The notes: generated by a model not told the origin, from the sequence alone. Positions 18,225-31,411 are shown, counted from the stretch's first letter. The stretch is DNA of 64,000 nucleotides from Eledone cirrhosa (GCA_964016885.1 OZ024753.1:34472001-34536000), one strand, 5' to 3'. Numbers and translations are program-made.

Positions 18225-18410
18225 AACGTTTTCATGTTCACTGTTTATTTGTTTATGCCTCGTAACTTAGCGGTTCAACAAAAAAGATCGACAAAACCAA
18301 TTAGGTACCAGACTTGAAAAACAAAAGCACTTAGCTTGATAGGATCGACTAAATTCCTTCATTGTGGTGCCCCAGAATGGCCGCAGTCTAATGAGAGAAA
18401 CCAATAAAAC
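18225..18410 (+). mobile_element. Diverged SINE 3' half ending in a CR1/L2-type tail
   Basis: GGTGCCCCAGAATGGCCGCAGTCTAATGAGAGAAAC resembles the tail at 34350-34400. Confidence 0.55.
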
Positions 18411-18926
18411 TATTTCTATCAGCATAACTACAGTTTAGTGCCCCCCCCCCCCCCCCCCCACACACTCCTATCTTGGTTTGCTTTCTCATAAATGTCTAAA
18501 TAAGGCTTATTTTTAAATACAATTTTGCAGAGACCCATTTTCAAATGTGTAGATGTTGGAAATACAGATTTATTTTTAATATTGTATATTTCCTTTCGTT
18601 AATGTCTCTCTTTAGAAAATACTTTGGACGAGTAATAAGGCTAAATTTGGAATTTGTTTTATCATGGAATCCAATTTCATGATGCTAATAATATCAACTA
18701 GGATAATGTTTAGGATATGTTTTTACAGGAATGTAATGTCATTTGTACAACTATAAATTACAAAAGAAAAAAAAGTGTTTCTTTTTTTAAAATTTCATCA
18801 ACGTGATCAAAATCAACACATTAAAATATGAATCAGCAAAATTTCATTAAAATATTCATTATTTAGACAAATCTCTGGGTTAGACTAAAATGTATAGACA
18901 TACACACACATATATATATATATATA

Positions 18927-19105
18927 TATTTAATATAGAAATGGCTTCTACTGGACTAGAACTGTTTCATTCGGGAGAAATCATCAGGAATCCCTGATGT
19001 TTTCTCCCGAATGAAACAGTTCTAGTCCAGTAGAAGCCATTTCTATATTAAATATTTATACTCTGCTATGTATTGAGTACCTTACTCACCCGGGATAAAC
19101 TTATA
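18927..19105 (+). mobile_element. Fold-back PLE-type mini-element: ~62-bp arms around a 4-nt loop plus unique tail
   Basis: 18927-18988 is the reverse complement of 18993-19054 (one mismatch). Contains the HHR-like 3' half GAAAC-agttcta-GTC; tail ACTC..GAGTAC. Confidence 0.8.
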
Positions 19106-19269
19106 TGTGTGTGTGTGTGTGTGTGTTTCAAATAATTTACAGACATCACATGTTTATAGTTTTGGTGAAGAAACAGGATTTAAAAAGATATCACTTATTC
19201 TGTTCATAAAACAAAATAAAAACTTATTTACCTCTTCTATTCAGGGCATCATACAATAACCGTACACAG

Positions 19270-19530
19270 GTTGTGTGTGTGTGAGTGAGAGAGAGGTTGT
19301 GTGTGTGAGAGAGAGGGTGTGAGAGAGAGGGTGTGTGTGTGAGAGAGAGAGAGTGGTTGTGTGTGTGTGTGTGTGTGTGAGAGAGTGGTTGTGTGTGTGT
19401 GTATGTGTGAGAGAGTGGTTGTGTGTGTGTGAGAGAGAGGGTGTGTGAGAGAGAGAGGGTGTGTGTGTGAGAGAGGGAGAGGTTGTGTGTGTGAGAGAGC
19501 GGTTGTGTGTGTGTGTGTGTGTGTGTGTGA
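19270..19530. repeat. Compound (GT)n/(GA)n microsatellite
   Basis: Direct reading. Confidence 0.9.
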
Positions 19531-19727
19531 CAAATCAAAGGTGTACAAAACATGAGGAGGGAGAAGATATTTTACGATATGTGATATGTTAAACATTTTA
19601 AAAATAACCAATCATGACACAAAATAAATAAATCCTATTATAATTAGAATCGATTCTGTTACTTTGATTTATTTGATCAAAATAAAATTATTTCAATCAT
19701 ATTACAACAACTCAATATTTATATAGA

Positions 19728-19975
19728 AGTTCAGTATTTTGGTCATGTCATCAGGGCCAAAAATTTGACTACCTACATCCTTGTGGGACGAATACAAGGG
19801 AAAAGGGCCAGGAGACGGCAGACAAGGAGATGGATAGATGATATTAAGGCATGGACAGGAAGGAGTCTGGTGGAATGTACGGCAATGGTAAGAGACAGGA
19901 AAAGATGGAGAGTGCTGGTCCATAAGTCGATGACCCCTGACCCTCAGATATGAAGATGGGATGAGAGCGAGCGAC
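19728..19975 (+). mobile_element. RTE (BovB-like) LINE 3' end
   Basis: YFGHVIRAKNLTTYILVGRIQGKRARRRQTRRWIDDIKAWTGRSLVECTAMVRDRKRWR. Confidence 0.88.
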
Positions 19976-20390
19976 TTATACAGACTAAAAACTAAATTTT
20001 GCAGAACTTCGTTTATACAAATTATAATTAAGTATAATGATAATATGCAGTATATTTAAAAATTAGCATTGCAAGCAAAAAATACATTTTCAAAGAAAAA
20101 ATATAATTTTATCTACAAACACATTCTTAGAATGAGGTTTCGTTTGACGAAGAAAAATACTAATTAACACAATTAAATGGTTAATTACTAAATTAATACA
20201 GTTAATACTCATCAGTAAGTGCCAGTCTTAAAACATACTTTAAAGCTTTTACAAAAAAATTCAAGTGAATTACCGAATGTTGGTTTACTCGTTTATATTA
20301 TAAAAACACTTGCATTTCGCATCAAAATAGTATTAGGTACGACATAAAAAGCTAGAAGTCAAAAGGGAAGCTAGAAATAGCTCACATATA

Positions 20391-20477
20391 CAGGGTGTCC
20401 CCCAAAATGTATGCACCACTCTAATAAATATTGCCTTACAAGTAATCAAAGTGTGTATACATTTTTGGGACACCCTG
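20391..20477. mobile_element. Tc1/mariner-type MITE
   Basis: TIR CAGGGTGTCCC / GGGACACCCTG with TA on both sides. Confidence 0.85.
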
Positions 20478-20656
20478 TATATAACTAAGACCGTCAACAA
20501 GCCCAGTGAAATCCTAATATAGACACACAAGCAAACATATCCATCCATAAACTTGGTTTCGTTATGATTTGATAGAGAATTCGAATGTTATTTATTCCGT
20601 CCATAATACAATGTGTAGTGTGCTAGTATGTATATTTGTTATATAAAACACACACA

Positions 20657-20821
20657 TAATTGTTTCTATTTTTGGCACAAGGCCAGCAATTATCCCCGTG
20701 TATTACTGGTACTTTATTTCATCGACCCCGTAAGGATGAAAGGCAAAGTTAACTCAGACCGTAAAGGGGCGTAACTATGCTGCAAAGCATGGCATCCGAC
20801 CCTCTACTGATACTGCCAATT
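20657..20821 (-). mobile_element. tRNA-SINE (dominant family, internal deletion)
   Basis: Family core and ATT tail. Confidence 0.85.
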
Positions 20822-22734
20822 GAAACAAAATATAGTTTAGAACAAAGAAAACTGGACAATACCCACCTCCCCATCTATACGCAGACAGGAAGCTATCTGC
20901 ATGGTTCAATTAGGATACCTTACTACTTTGCTCGCCATTCACTTGAGCGAAGGAAAATCTGTTTCAACTTTAGTTTTGTCTTTAGAAAGTTCGAAAGCAA
21001 CTGATGAAATATTTATATTCGTGTTTTTATTGTTAACGACTTCATTAAACTTACCGTTAACTTTTCATTATTACACCTGTCTGCACGGGAGTAATTGCTG
21101 ACCTTGTGTCAAAAGTAGAAACATTATTTCACCCGTCTTCGAGACGGTGTGTTAGGAATTTTCTTTTTAATTTATTGAAGAATAATTTATTGATAAGTTT
21201 GGTGGGAATTTTGAATGTGAAATTTGAGTTTTTTCTATGAGTTTTTTAGTGGTTTTTGAGCGAATATAAACCTAAAAAAACGCCGTAAATCATTCGTTTT
21301 ATGTGATTATTGCTTCCTAGTACTCTATAACACTCGTCTATCTGACGGGTGTATTAATGAAAAAAAAAACCAAATCATCATGGTTTGAGTTACAAATACG
21401 TTTTATCTCCTTTTAAAAACAGCACAAAATAATATTTGTATTATTTCTTTCTTGCTTTTTATGGCTTAGGTGTGTTTCTTTGTAGTTTTGTCTTTGTATT
21501 ATGCAGAGAAAGGCGTTGTCACCCTGAATCCATAGTAACTTCAAATAGATTGAAAACAATTCGAAAACAAATCAGTTCTTTTCCTTCTTAAAAATAGAGA
21601 TAAAATCAAAAAAGGAAAACTACTCACCTCTTCCCTGTGATATTTCACACAAATAAAACACAGAAAGATTAAATCTGAAAATTGTTATGGTCGCCAAACG
21701 TACATTCAAAACGTAACACCTTAGCCTGTCCAATATGCTTCAGCAGTAAATACGTAAATACCACTACTGCAGTAAATACTACTACTACTACAACAAAAAC
21801 AGTAGTAATAATAATGTTTTGTATATAACAGTAATACTAATAATGTTTTCTATTTTAGGCACAATGTCAGCAATTTGAAGGATAGGGGAAAGTAGATTAT
21901 ATCGACTTCAGTACTTGACAACACACAGACGGTGAATTCGTAGAGCTGTTAGAAGATCTGACAGATTGCTTTGTGGTATTCGTTTCTGGCTCTAAGTTCA
22001 AATTTCCCCGAGGGGACTTTACTTTTCATCCTTTCAAGGTCGATGAATATAATAACAGTTCAATACTGAAGTCGACTTTTCCTCTATATCTTTTTCTTAC
22101 TTCCTCTTTATCAGCTTTTGGATAAATCTGTAGAGGGATTATATCTGCGATGTATAAAACACAAAAAAAAGCTGTATGTGACAACGAGGCTCGTACGACA
22201 GTGCCAGGAAATACGGGGCCGTCCGGCAGTCTCTTCGTTCTCTACTTCCTTCCTTTCTTCTTTATTTACTTAAATACTTCCTTACTTCCTCGATAACACA
22301 TAAGACCAATTACACAGCACATACGAAACAAACAGCTCGCATTGCATTTACTCTAAGCAGCAAAAGAGACAGTGAAATAAAACCAGAAGCAAGACAAGGT
22401 CCATAGCAAAGCAAAAATTGATAGAATACAAGAAAAGGGCGCCACATCCTCTATATACAGCACAATACTACATACACCTAAGGAATACAGAGATAGGTAT
22501 ATCTGGTGATGCTATAATAACTCCTCGCTTTGGGGTGGGTGAGAGATGTCTTCTCTTATGAAAATGGGTATAGCTTTCATTATGTAAAATCTCCCTATTT
22601 TGCCTAATTTCTCCCCATTTTGGGACACTTTTTTTTCATGTGGGTTTTTAGAGGTTGGTAGATCTGACAATAATCAAGATAAAATAAAAGGTGACAATCT
22701 TCCACAGTAACAAGAAGTTAGACATATTATTTAG

Positions 22735-23400
22735 TGATTGGCAGTATCAGTGGAGGGTCGGACACAATGCTTTGACGCATAGAGTTACGGCCCTTGCCAT
22801 TCTGAGTTAAAATCTCGCCGAGGTTAACTTTGCCTTTCATGCTTACAGGGTCGATAAAATAAAGTACCAGTAATACACTGATTTAATTGCTGACCTTATG
22901 CCAAAAGTAGAAACAATTATTATGTATACTAAGGATATTTTCAATGTCAGTAGGTAATAGTAAATAGTATTTCCATAAATAGATATATAGGTACAAAACT
23001 AGCAATTTGTAGGGAGGGGAAAGTCGATTATATAGAGCCCACAATTGACTGATGTTTTATCAACCTCGGAAGGATGAAAGACAAAGTTGATCTCAGCGGG
23101 ATTTGAACGCATTTCACTTATTTAAAATAATAATTTCTACTATAGGCACACTGTCAGAAATTTTGAGGGAAGGGAAATCGATTAAATCAACTCCAGTGTA
23201 TTACTGGTACTTTATTTTACCGACCGCGAAAGGATGAAAGTCAAAGTTAACCTCAGCGGGATTTGAACTCAGACGGTAAAGAGATGTAACTCGATGCTGC
23301 AAAGCATAGTGTCCGACGCATGGTGCTTTCATCCTTACGGGGTCGATAAAATAAAGTACCAGTAATACACTGGCCTTGTGCCAAATGTAGAAACAATTAT
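22735..23400. mobile_element. Cluster of four tRNA-SINE copies (22735-22922 +, 22990-23110 -, 23128-23320 -, 23325-23400 +)
   Basis: A box TGGCAGTATCGG-like, B box GAGTTCAAATCC, core CTTTCATCCTTACGGGGTCGATAAAATAAAGTACCAG. Confidence 0.8.
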
Positions 23401-24449
23401 TTAGTGAGACAAACGGAAAGAAGGATGCAGAATTTGTTCGAGATCTTTACGTTCTGTGTATAAATTCCACCGAGATCAACAATATCTTGTATCATTCCCA
23501 GTCTATAAAATGAAGTGCCGGCTAAATGTTAGGGTCAATATAATCAACGTTCTCTCCCCTCCAAAAATGCAGGCATTGAGCATACGTTAGAAACAATCAG
23601 AAACAAATCTATTTCAAATAACACAACACAACAGATAAGGAAGGGAAGGGCAAGGGTTCTGAGGCCACAGACGAATGGGAAATAGAAGGGGAGGGTAGTG
23701 GGCTCTAGGCTGAGGGCACAGTGGTGTTAAGGCTGCGCCACATGGACAAGACCGCAAACTATTTATCATTTTTAAAGGTGGGATTTAAAGAAGATTTGAG
23801 AGTTGAGATTTGAAATTTGGCTGCTATTACTAACTGGGCGAATGACCATGCAAATATCCGCAATTTTCTTTGTTTAAAATGTTATGTAAGCGTTGATTCC
23901 TTGAAGTTATATAGAAATGATGAGTTGGGTCGATGTAATAGGCTGACAAAAAACTCTGTTGATGCAATAAACACAAATATAAACTAATAAACAAAACACA
24001 AAACTATCATCAAAGTTAATTCAAGAACATTGGAAGATATTTTCTTTCAACGAGAAGTAATGTATTCTTAATTCTATCTTAGAGTGATCTTTTTTTCTTT
24101 CTAATTTCTATCAATTTTAATTCAACATCCTTGTAAAACAATTGGCGTAAAATTAAGAGGTGGTGGTGGACACTTTTGAACGGTGTGTCTTAATTGAAGG
24201 GAGTTTCTTAATTGGCAGAACGTAACTTGCAAGAAATGTGGGAAAACTGCAATTGAAATTCTATTTATAATTTATCATTTTTATTGTTTTTTGTTCTCTT
24301 ATTTTCTAGATTTTCTTCTCTAAGAAGAAACATTTCTGTATTCCTGTATTTCTGTATTCCTGTATGATATTTCTACAAATCATTGGATCAGTCTATCTAT
24401 TTATCTCCCCATATACACCTATATATATATACACCTATATATATATATA

Positions 24450-24524
<75 letters not shown>

Positions 24525-24528
<4 letters not shown>

Positions 24529-24675
24529 AGTCAGGACTCTAGACAGGACAGCTAGATCCGAACGGGGTCCTGACTCATTTCCTATTACCCCACCCCCCAC
24601 ACCTTTACTACCTTAAATATCGAGTACTCTGGTGCGTTATTGTCCACCTGGTATCTTACCACACATTCTTTGTTA
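24525..24675 (+). mobile_element. Internally deleted copy of the 62533-62735 fold-back family
   Basis: GAGTCAGGAC..GTCCTGACTC inverted ends and shared tail TATCGAGTACTCTGGTGCGTTAT. Confidence 0.75.
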
Positions 24676-24681
24676 TATATA

Positions 24682-24779
24682 CAGTGTCTCCCCCCAAAAT
24701 GTATATACACTTTGATTATCTGCACAGGCAATATTTATTAGAAGGCTATTGAAGTGTGTATATATTTATTTGGGACACC

Positions 24780-24782
<3 letters not shown>
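24682..24782. mobile_element. Tc1/mariner-type MITE (same family as 20391-20477)
   Basis: Right TIR GGGACACCCTG-TA, degenerate left TIR, shared internal sequence. Confidence 0.75.
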
Positions 24783-24848
<66 letters not shown>

Positions 24849-25633
24849 TCAACTCACTATCTCGACAATTAGAACATTAATCGAAGTTGTCAACAAATTG
24901 TTAGATTAATCGACCTATTTAAGACCACAGAATTTAGTTAATGAGTTCCAAACAGAAGAAAATGTGAGAAGACATGTATAGTAAATATTAAACGGAAGGG
25001 AATGCATAGATAGTAATTACGTAGAAACATAGATGAATAAATAGACATTAAGCTAGCTTACAAGATGGCGGTATACATAGAAAACAAATGAGGGAGAAAT
25101 GAAAGTGAGGGAGGGAAGGGTAATATAGAAAACAGAGACTTGGAAAATACAATTGAAGAAGAAGACAAAAACCAAGAAAATAATTAAATAAATAGAAAGA
25201 TGGAATAAAAAAGATATCCAAAGTAGATATCTAAAACGGAAGAGAAATAAAGAAGGAAAAACGGATAAATTGTGTGTTTCAGAGAGGATAACATTGATCA
25301 AAGATAAGAAGATTATCTGCAAGAAAACTATCTACAAATAGAAATGATATACTAGAAAGAGCATTCGGGCGTTGTGACATTTTAATTTATATACACCATT
25401 TTGTTTCGTTTTTTTTTGTACAGTTATTGTTTGTAATGACGGAATGTAATCAGGATTTCAGCTTACTGTTTGTTCTTTTCTGAATGTGTTGAGACACAGG
25501 GAATTTCCAAGCAATCAGCTGGTGTGAATTATAACCAGAACTGTTAGGATGTTCGAGAGAATACCATCCATTCATATCGACTTCTTTTTTAATGCGCACA
25601 ATTCTGTGTATATCCTGCGTGCTTGAATGTCTT

Positions 25634-26005
25634 AGGATTAGAGGTATCGGTAGAGGGTCGGATGCCATGCTTTGCAGCATACTGTTACGGTCCCTTACGG
25701 TTTGAGCTGAAATCCCACCGAGGTTAACTTTGCTTTTCATCCTTACGGGGTCGATAAAAGAAAGTACCAGTAATGCACTGGGATAATTGCTGGCCTTGTG
25801 CCAAAAGTAGAAACAATTATTTAATATTGACTAGGGCAGTGTCAGACACCATCCTTTGTAGCACAGAGTTATGGCCCTTTATAATCTGAGTTCAAATCCC
25901 GCTGAGGTTAACTTTGCCTTTCATCCTTACGGGGTCGATAAAATGAAGTACCAGTAATGCACTGAGGTAATTGCTGGCCTTGTACCAAAAGTAGAAACAA
26001 TTATT
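25634..26005 (+). mobile_element. Two head-to-tail tRNA-SINEs, the second inserted into the tail of the first
   Basis: ATTATTTAATATTGACTA is duplicated on both sides of the second copy. Confidence 0.85.
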
Positions 26006-26364
26006 TAATATTGACTAAGATACTATCAATGAGCTACTCGACATTACCAAGCTTAAACCAATCACATCAGTTATCAAGTAAAGATTAATTAAACTACACT
26101 AGCATGTGTAGTGTGCATATTGTTATTATACGCAAGTATATATGCATGTAGATATGACACATCAAATAAAAAGCGTAATTGACAATATACACAGAAATTG
26201 AACGAAGACTACGTTACCCTGTCTTATTTAATCAGTAACGTAATCCATGATACATTAAAAAAAAAAGACGATATTATATATAAACTGCATTAGGAGAAAA
26301 TTAATGACGGAAATATATGAATGTTTATTTAAGTGATCGCTAACCGTAAATGTTGACCGAAATG

Positions 26365-27515
26365 TTGACCGAAATTGTTGTGTTTAGAGATAATGTTGGA
26401 GATGTTGGAGGTGGTCGAATAGGAAAATTTTATAGTGTGTTTGTTAAATATTTTACTATAGATATGTGAGGGAGGGAAGCATTTCTTTAAGGCACTAAAG
26501 AATAATTTAGGAATATTATTATTAATAGAGATGGAGAAAGGAGCATTATACCAGATTATGTTTTTGTATCTAGGTCTTTTATTAAAGTTATTGGAATGAT
26601 CATGATTAATTATTCTGCTGTAAGATCTTCTAGAATTTGTTTCTTTACTATATTTGATTTTATCAGGATAACCGGCTTTAGAAAGCGCGTTATTATAGTA
26701 ATTGACGTTAGCATCAAAGATGTTTTTATTAGAAGATAGGTTGGATATTTTTTTTCCAATATTACTAACTATAGCATTCTTAATATTAGTGGGGTGGTTA
26801 GATTTAAAATTAAAATAATTTAGGTTCTCATTGTTTTTATGGTAAGGGTAATATAGGCCAGTGTCAAGATTAAGAGACACATCCAAGAAATTAGCTAGTT
26901 TGATGCTGTTATCAAATTCAATTTTTAAGTTATGTTGGTTAAAGAGATTACGTATATTGTTCTTAATAATATTAAGGTTAACTATGTTGCAATTTAAGAT
27001 AGTAAAGAGTCCATCGTCACGATAAATTCCACCGCGAAGTTGAGGAATTTTCCGATTCAAAGAGTTCAAAATAAATCTGTCAATTGGGATGAATCGGATG
27101 CTCCCATTGTGATGTCAAAGTTGTTAGAGGTATCAGCTCTGGTCTAATATTCATTGTTGAACTCTAGGATGGTTTTACGTGCGGTGAGAATGATGTGAAG
27201 TTCATCTGTAGTGATGTCTGAATATTTGTAAGCGAAAGATAGAGCATTGTTGAGAAGTGAGGGAGAAATAGAAGAATAGTAGCTGGCAATATCAAATTGA
27301 ATACATTTTTGTTTGTTTTTTTTATTCAATTTGTTGAACCAGCCAATCACTTCAGAAGTACCAAACCATTAATTTAAGTTCAAAGAAGAGCAATTAGAAC
27401 GAACCTGTGGGATAATTCTATCCAAGATGGCTTTGCTAACAACCCCCAGATCTGATTTAGAGGGAACGATTAGTCTAACAGATAGTTCAGTACGAAAGTT
27501 GTTTTTGTGATCCTT
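26365..27515 (-). pseudogene. Penelope-like (Naiad-like) reverse transcriptase fragment with stops and frameshifts
   Basis: LKDHKNNF..VRLIVPSKSDLG, QFDIASYYSSI, FDITMGA, IYRDDGLF, NFLDVSLNL, SNHP, IIWYNAPFS, KIFNKHTIKFSYS. Confidence 0.9.
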
Positions 27516-28085
27516 GAGATTTATCCTCGGAGTTGTAGGGGAACGGATAAATGAACACTGGCGAGACCTTCAAGATAGTAAAGAATCATCTATACTCTAC
27601 CAACATGCTAAAATAATACATAAGGGTAAATTAGAGAACATAGAAATAAAAATAGAATCTACACACAGAAAAGACGCAATGTTTAGACAAATCACAGAGG
27701 CAATAAACATAAAAGAATTACAACCAAAATTAAATAAAAAACATGAGTGGAACAGCAACATCACAACTTACAATTAAGGACAAAATGAAAACACACACGC
27801 ACATAGAACAAACAACCAACCTGTAACATGTAAATAAACAAATAAATAAACGAATATAAACAAACACAGACACCCGGATGTGGCGCATGCGCAGACTGAG
27901 CACACAACACACATACAGAAACAAGATGGCGTAGGACAGAACAAAGGAGAGGCACAAAAACAAAGAAAAGAATCCCCAGTCATTGAAGAGGTCACAGAAT
28001 GTGTGACGAAAGAACTTTGACAATATATAAACAACCATCTGGTTGTGGAACCAATCAATCGGAAATTTATAAATTCCTAAATTTA
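27514..28085 (+). mobile_element. 3' end of a second, different PLE: GIY-YIG C-terminus (to 27777) plus 3' UTR/pLTR
   Basis: GERINEH...SILYQHAKIIH...FRQITEAINIKELQPKLNKKHEWNS, followed by an HHR-like motif. Confidence 0.82.
27979..28021 (+). ncRNA. Minimal type I hammerhead-like motif, C3U variant
   Basis: gtca-TTGAAGA-g-gtcac-agaatgt-gtgac-GAAA-gaac-TT-tgac. Confidence 0.6.
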
Positions 28086-28089
28086 TAAA

Positions 28090-28390
28090 TTTATTATAAT
28101 AAATTGAAGTGAAAGCAACTGGTGCGTGTGTTTCTTATTAGCAACATCACCCTCCCAAAGTATAACAATATCGGTTTCAACGCACGTTTTCAGATAAAGA
28201 ATCTTGCTAAACAAATTCAGAAACGAAATATATATATATAAATATGCAGTTCGTCTTCGTTGATTTATTATTTTAAATCGATTTGGACAAGCTGTAGTAT
28301 AATAATTAGTATACTTCAATCTGGCTAAATTTTTCTTTTGCAATATATATACAGATGTGTTGGTATCTGTGTTTCATCACATACATATTA
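28090..28390 (+). mobile_element. Diverged fragment of the 525-bp unit family at 31696-32850
   Basis: Shares TACAGATGTGTTGGTATCTG and ATTTATTATTTTAAATCGAT. Confidence 0.7.
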
Positions 28391-28428
28391 ATTTATATAA
28401 ATATATATATATAAATATACGTATAAAT

Positions 28429-28463
<35 letters not shown>

Positions 28464-28512
28464 AATATATATATATAAATATATATATATATAAATATAT
28501 ATATATATAAAT

Positions 28513-28543
<31 letters not shown>

Positions 28544-28661
28544 AATATATATAAATATATATATATAAATATATATATATAAATATATAAAGAAAAAGAG
28601 ATGAAATCGAAAATGCAACTGGAGTCTTATTTTTAAAAAATATATATATATTTATTTGGTT

Positions 28662-28699
28662 CCTTTACCGGTTTCGCAGTTCTTCTGCTTTTCAAAAGG
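28662..28699 (-). ncRNA. Mirror copy of the U3-A8 hammerhead
   Basis: Reverse complement of 28753-28790. Confidence 0.78.
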
Positions 28700-28752
28700 T
28701 GAGTTGAGATGGAGGGTCTGTGGTTTTTCCACAGACCCTCCATCTCAACTCA

Positions 28753-28790
28753 CCTTTTGAAAAGCAGAAGAACTGCGAAACCGGTAAAGG
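28753..28790 (+). ncRNA. Minimal type I hammerhead ribozyme, U3-A8 variant
   Basis: cctt-TTGAAAA-gcag-aagaa-ctgc-GAAA-ccgg-TA-aagg. Palindromic stem III ACCGGT, GUA site. Confidence 0.8.
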
Positions 28791-29101
28791 AACCAAATAA
28801 ATATATATATTTAAAAAAAAAATAAGACTCCAGTTGCATTTTCGATTTCATCTTTTTCTTTATACTTTCACTCGTGTAGGACACCTCGGTTATTTTTCAT
28901 TTTGTAAAAAAAACCTCACTTTCTAATATAAATATATATATAAATATATATATATATAAATATATATATATAAATATATATATATAAATATATATATATA
29001 TAAATATATATATATATAAATATATATATATATAAATATATATATATATAAATATATATATATATAAATATATATATATATAAATATATATATATATAAA
29101 T

Positions 29102-29206
<105 letters not shown>

Positions 29207-29273
29207 TAAAAATATATACATATAAATATATACGATATTAAATAAATGGAAACTATATTTATAAAACCATATT

Positions 29274-29338
29274 TATTTCATTATACATATTTCAGGGATA
29301 CCAAATTAAAATATGGTATGCCTTCATCAGACAAAATA
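29274..29338 (-). ncRNA. Type I hammerhead motif (mirror copy)
   Basis: Reverse complement of 31412-31476. Confidence 0.75.
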
Positions 29339-29898
29339 CAATATATAAACAGTTTTATAAATAATTTTGACGTACCCTATTAGATGCGACCATTATTTTT
29401 GGAAGCTGTCTAGATAGTGAGATGTTTATAATTATTTTATTAGTTATAGAGTTAAGCACAGTTAGAAAAAAGACGGAGAGAAAGAAAAAACGGAGAGAGA
29501 GAAGGAAAGAGAAAAAGAAGGAGAGAGAGAAAAGGAATGTATGCAGAAAAGAAAGATATATATAAATAGATAGGAGGAAATGAAAAAGAAAGAAAAAAGA
29601 AAGAAATAAGAAAGACAAAAGAAAGCAACAGAGAGATAATAATTCATCATGCAGATAGAGAAACTCAAGAGAGAGGAGGATATAGATTTCTATAATAAAT
29701 ATATAAAACATATTATTTTAACTTGAGATACTCTGTAGTGTGTTAAAGATATTTAATGCTTTGATATTTCTGTATTAATATATTGATATTTGATTATCTC
29801 TATACAAAGGCCATTTGTGTGTATTAACATGCATATAAAAGGTTTATAGAGTTTTTTTATGTTCGTATATATGTCTGTATATATGCATATATATTTAT

Positions 29899-30195
29899 GT
29901 CAGGTCACCAGTTGGTGCTACTGGTAACATGTATCCCAGTACAACCTGTCTCATGGTCGGGTCGTTGGCGACTAAACTGGCAACCCCACCAAGGTTTCTT
30001 GGTGAGGAGGGTGACTTTGGACATCCTGCAGGACTAAAAACAAAACCTGTCAAAGGGCAAAGGAGCTCTTAAGAGTCAATGGCCATCCAAAATCACCGGG
30101 AGAGATGACCCCTTAGCCTTTGTCAAGGCAGAATTCTAGGAGAAGGAAAACTCTGATATAACACCTGCAACCCTGATGGTATCCAATGATGTTGA
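29899..30195 (+). mobile_element. Probable RTE-type LINE 5' UTR fragment
   Basis: GC-richer island containing GGAGAAGGAAAACTCTGATAT, which I recall from RTE 5' regions; no ORF. Confidence 0.4.
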
Positions 30196-30197
30196 CT

Positions 30198-30505
30198 TGT
30201 TCTTCTTTTTGGTAAATATCATCTTGGTTAAGAGAGTGGGACTGGCTTTGTGCAGTGCCTTTGCTCACTATAAAAGCTTCACGGCACAGGCATTGCTTTA
30301 TATCTGGAGATCTCTCTGCACTTGTCACATGGTACCATGGGCCCAGCACTATGTGTCAATAATTGTCACAAGTGTAGTCTTTGTACCAGAGTTTTCAAGT
30401 CCCTGGCTGGACTAAAAAGTCACACTCGTTCAGCGCATCAGTAGGGGTTCTCCTACATGGATATAAAGTAGTGGCCGTACTCGAAAACGAGTTGGCAGCC
30501 ACCAT
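30198..30505 (-). mobile_element. ~310-bp SINE-like interspersed repeat with AAGAAGAA tail (copy 1)
   Basis: Highly similar second copy at 44316-44626. Confidence 0.75.
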
Positions 30506-31411
30506 ATATGCATAACGATGCTGGAAAACTCACGCAGATATTTATTTATACATATGTGTGTGTATGTATGGTTGTGTGTGTATATGTCGATGTGTGTTGC
30601 AGATATGCATAATATTAAATACATGAACGGTAATCATATATATGAGGACATGAATATTAATTGTATTTTTATGTATATATACTGTGAAATTTTTATAACA
30701 CAAGAAATGTATAGAAGTGATCAAGTGAAGTCATTTGTATGTCTATATTATTGACTGGAGTAGACATAATTTTCTCTTTTTTCAGAACGTACATATGCGT
30801 GTCTATATATATATACATATGTGTATCCGTATTTTTATAAATAGGGTATTTTTTTAAGGTTTTACTCAGATTTTGGTATATTGACCTCAAGGTTTTAAAC
30901 TAAACATATGGTCATTATTGAACAATGTTATTTTCTCATATTATATATCTATGTCTCATTCATGAATATTGATATTTACATTTTTATTATTCATTTCATA
31001 TGAATTGTTAACTCAACTTAATATGACATGACGTAAAGTTGTCACTATATCCTCCTCTCTCTATATATTACTTCCTCTCTCTTGAGTTTCTCTATCTGTA
31101 TGATGAATTATTATCTCTCTGTTGCTTTCTTTTGTCTTTCTTATTTCTTTCTTTTTTCTTTCTTTTTCATTTCCTCCTATCTATTTATATATATCTTTCT
31201 TTTCTGCATACATTCCTTTTCTCTCTCTCCTTCTTTTTCTGTCTCCTTCACCCTCTCCGTTTTTTCTTTCTCTCCGTCTTTTTTCTAACTGTGCTTAACA
31301 CTATAACTAATAAAATAATTATAAACATCTCACTATCCAGACAGCTTCCAAAAATAATGGTCGCATCTAATAGGGTACGTCAAAATTATTTATAAAACTG
31401 TTTATATATTG

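Larger units (their letters stand above)
28586..28928 (+). mobile_element. Fold-back PLE-type mini-element: ~138-bp arms, TTTTT loop (28724-28728), unique tail 28865-28928, in (TA)n/TAAA satellite
   Basis: Near-perfect palindrome with an HHR in each arm. Confidence 0.88.

Noticed and set aside
29899-29985. Possible HDV-like ribozyme at the RTE-like 5' UTR
   Set aside because: P2/P4-like pairings are visible (CCAGT/ACTGG, GTCG/CGAC) but I could not build P1, P3 and L3.
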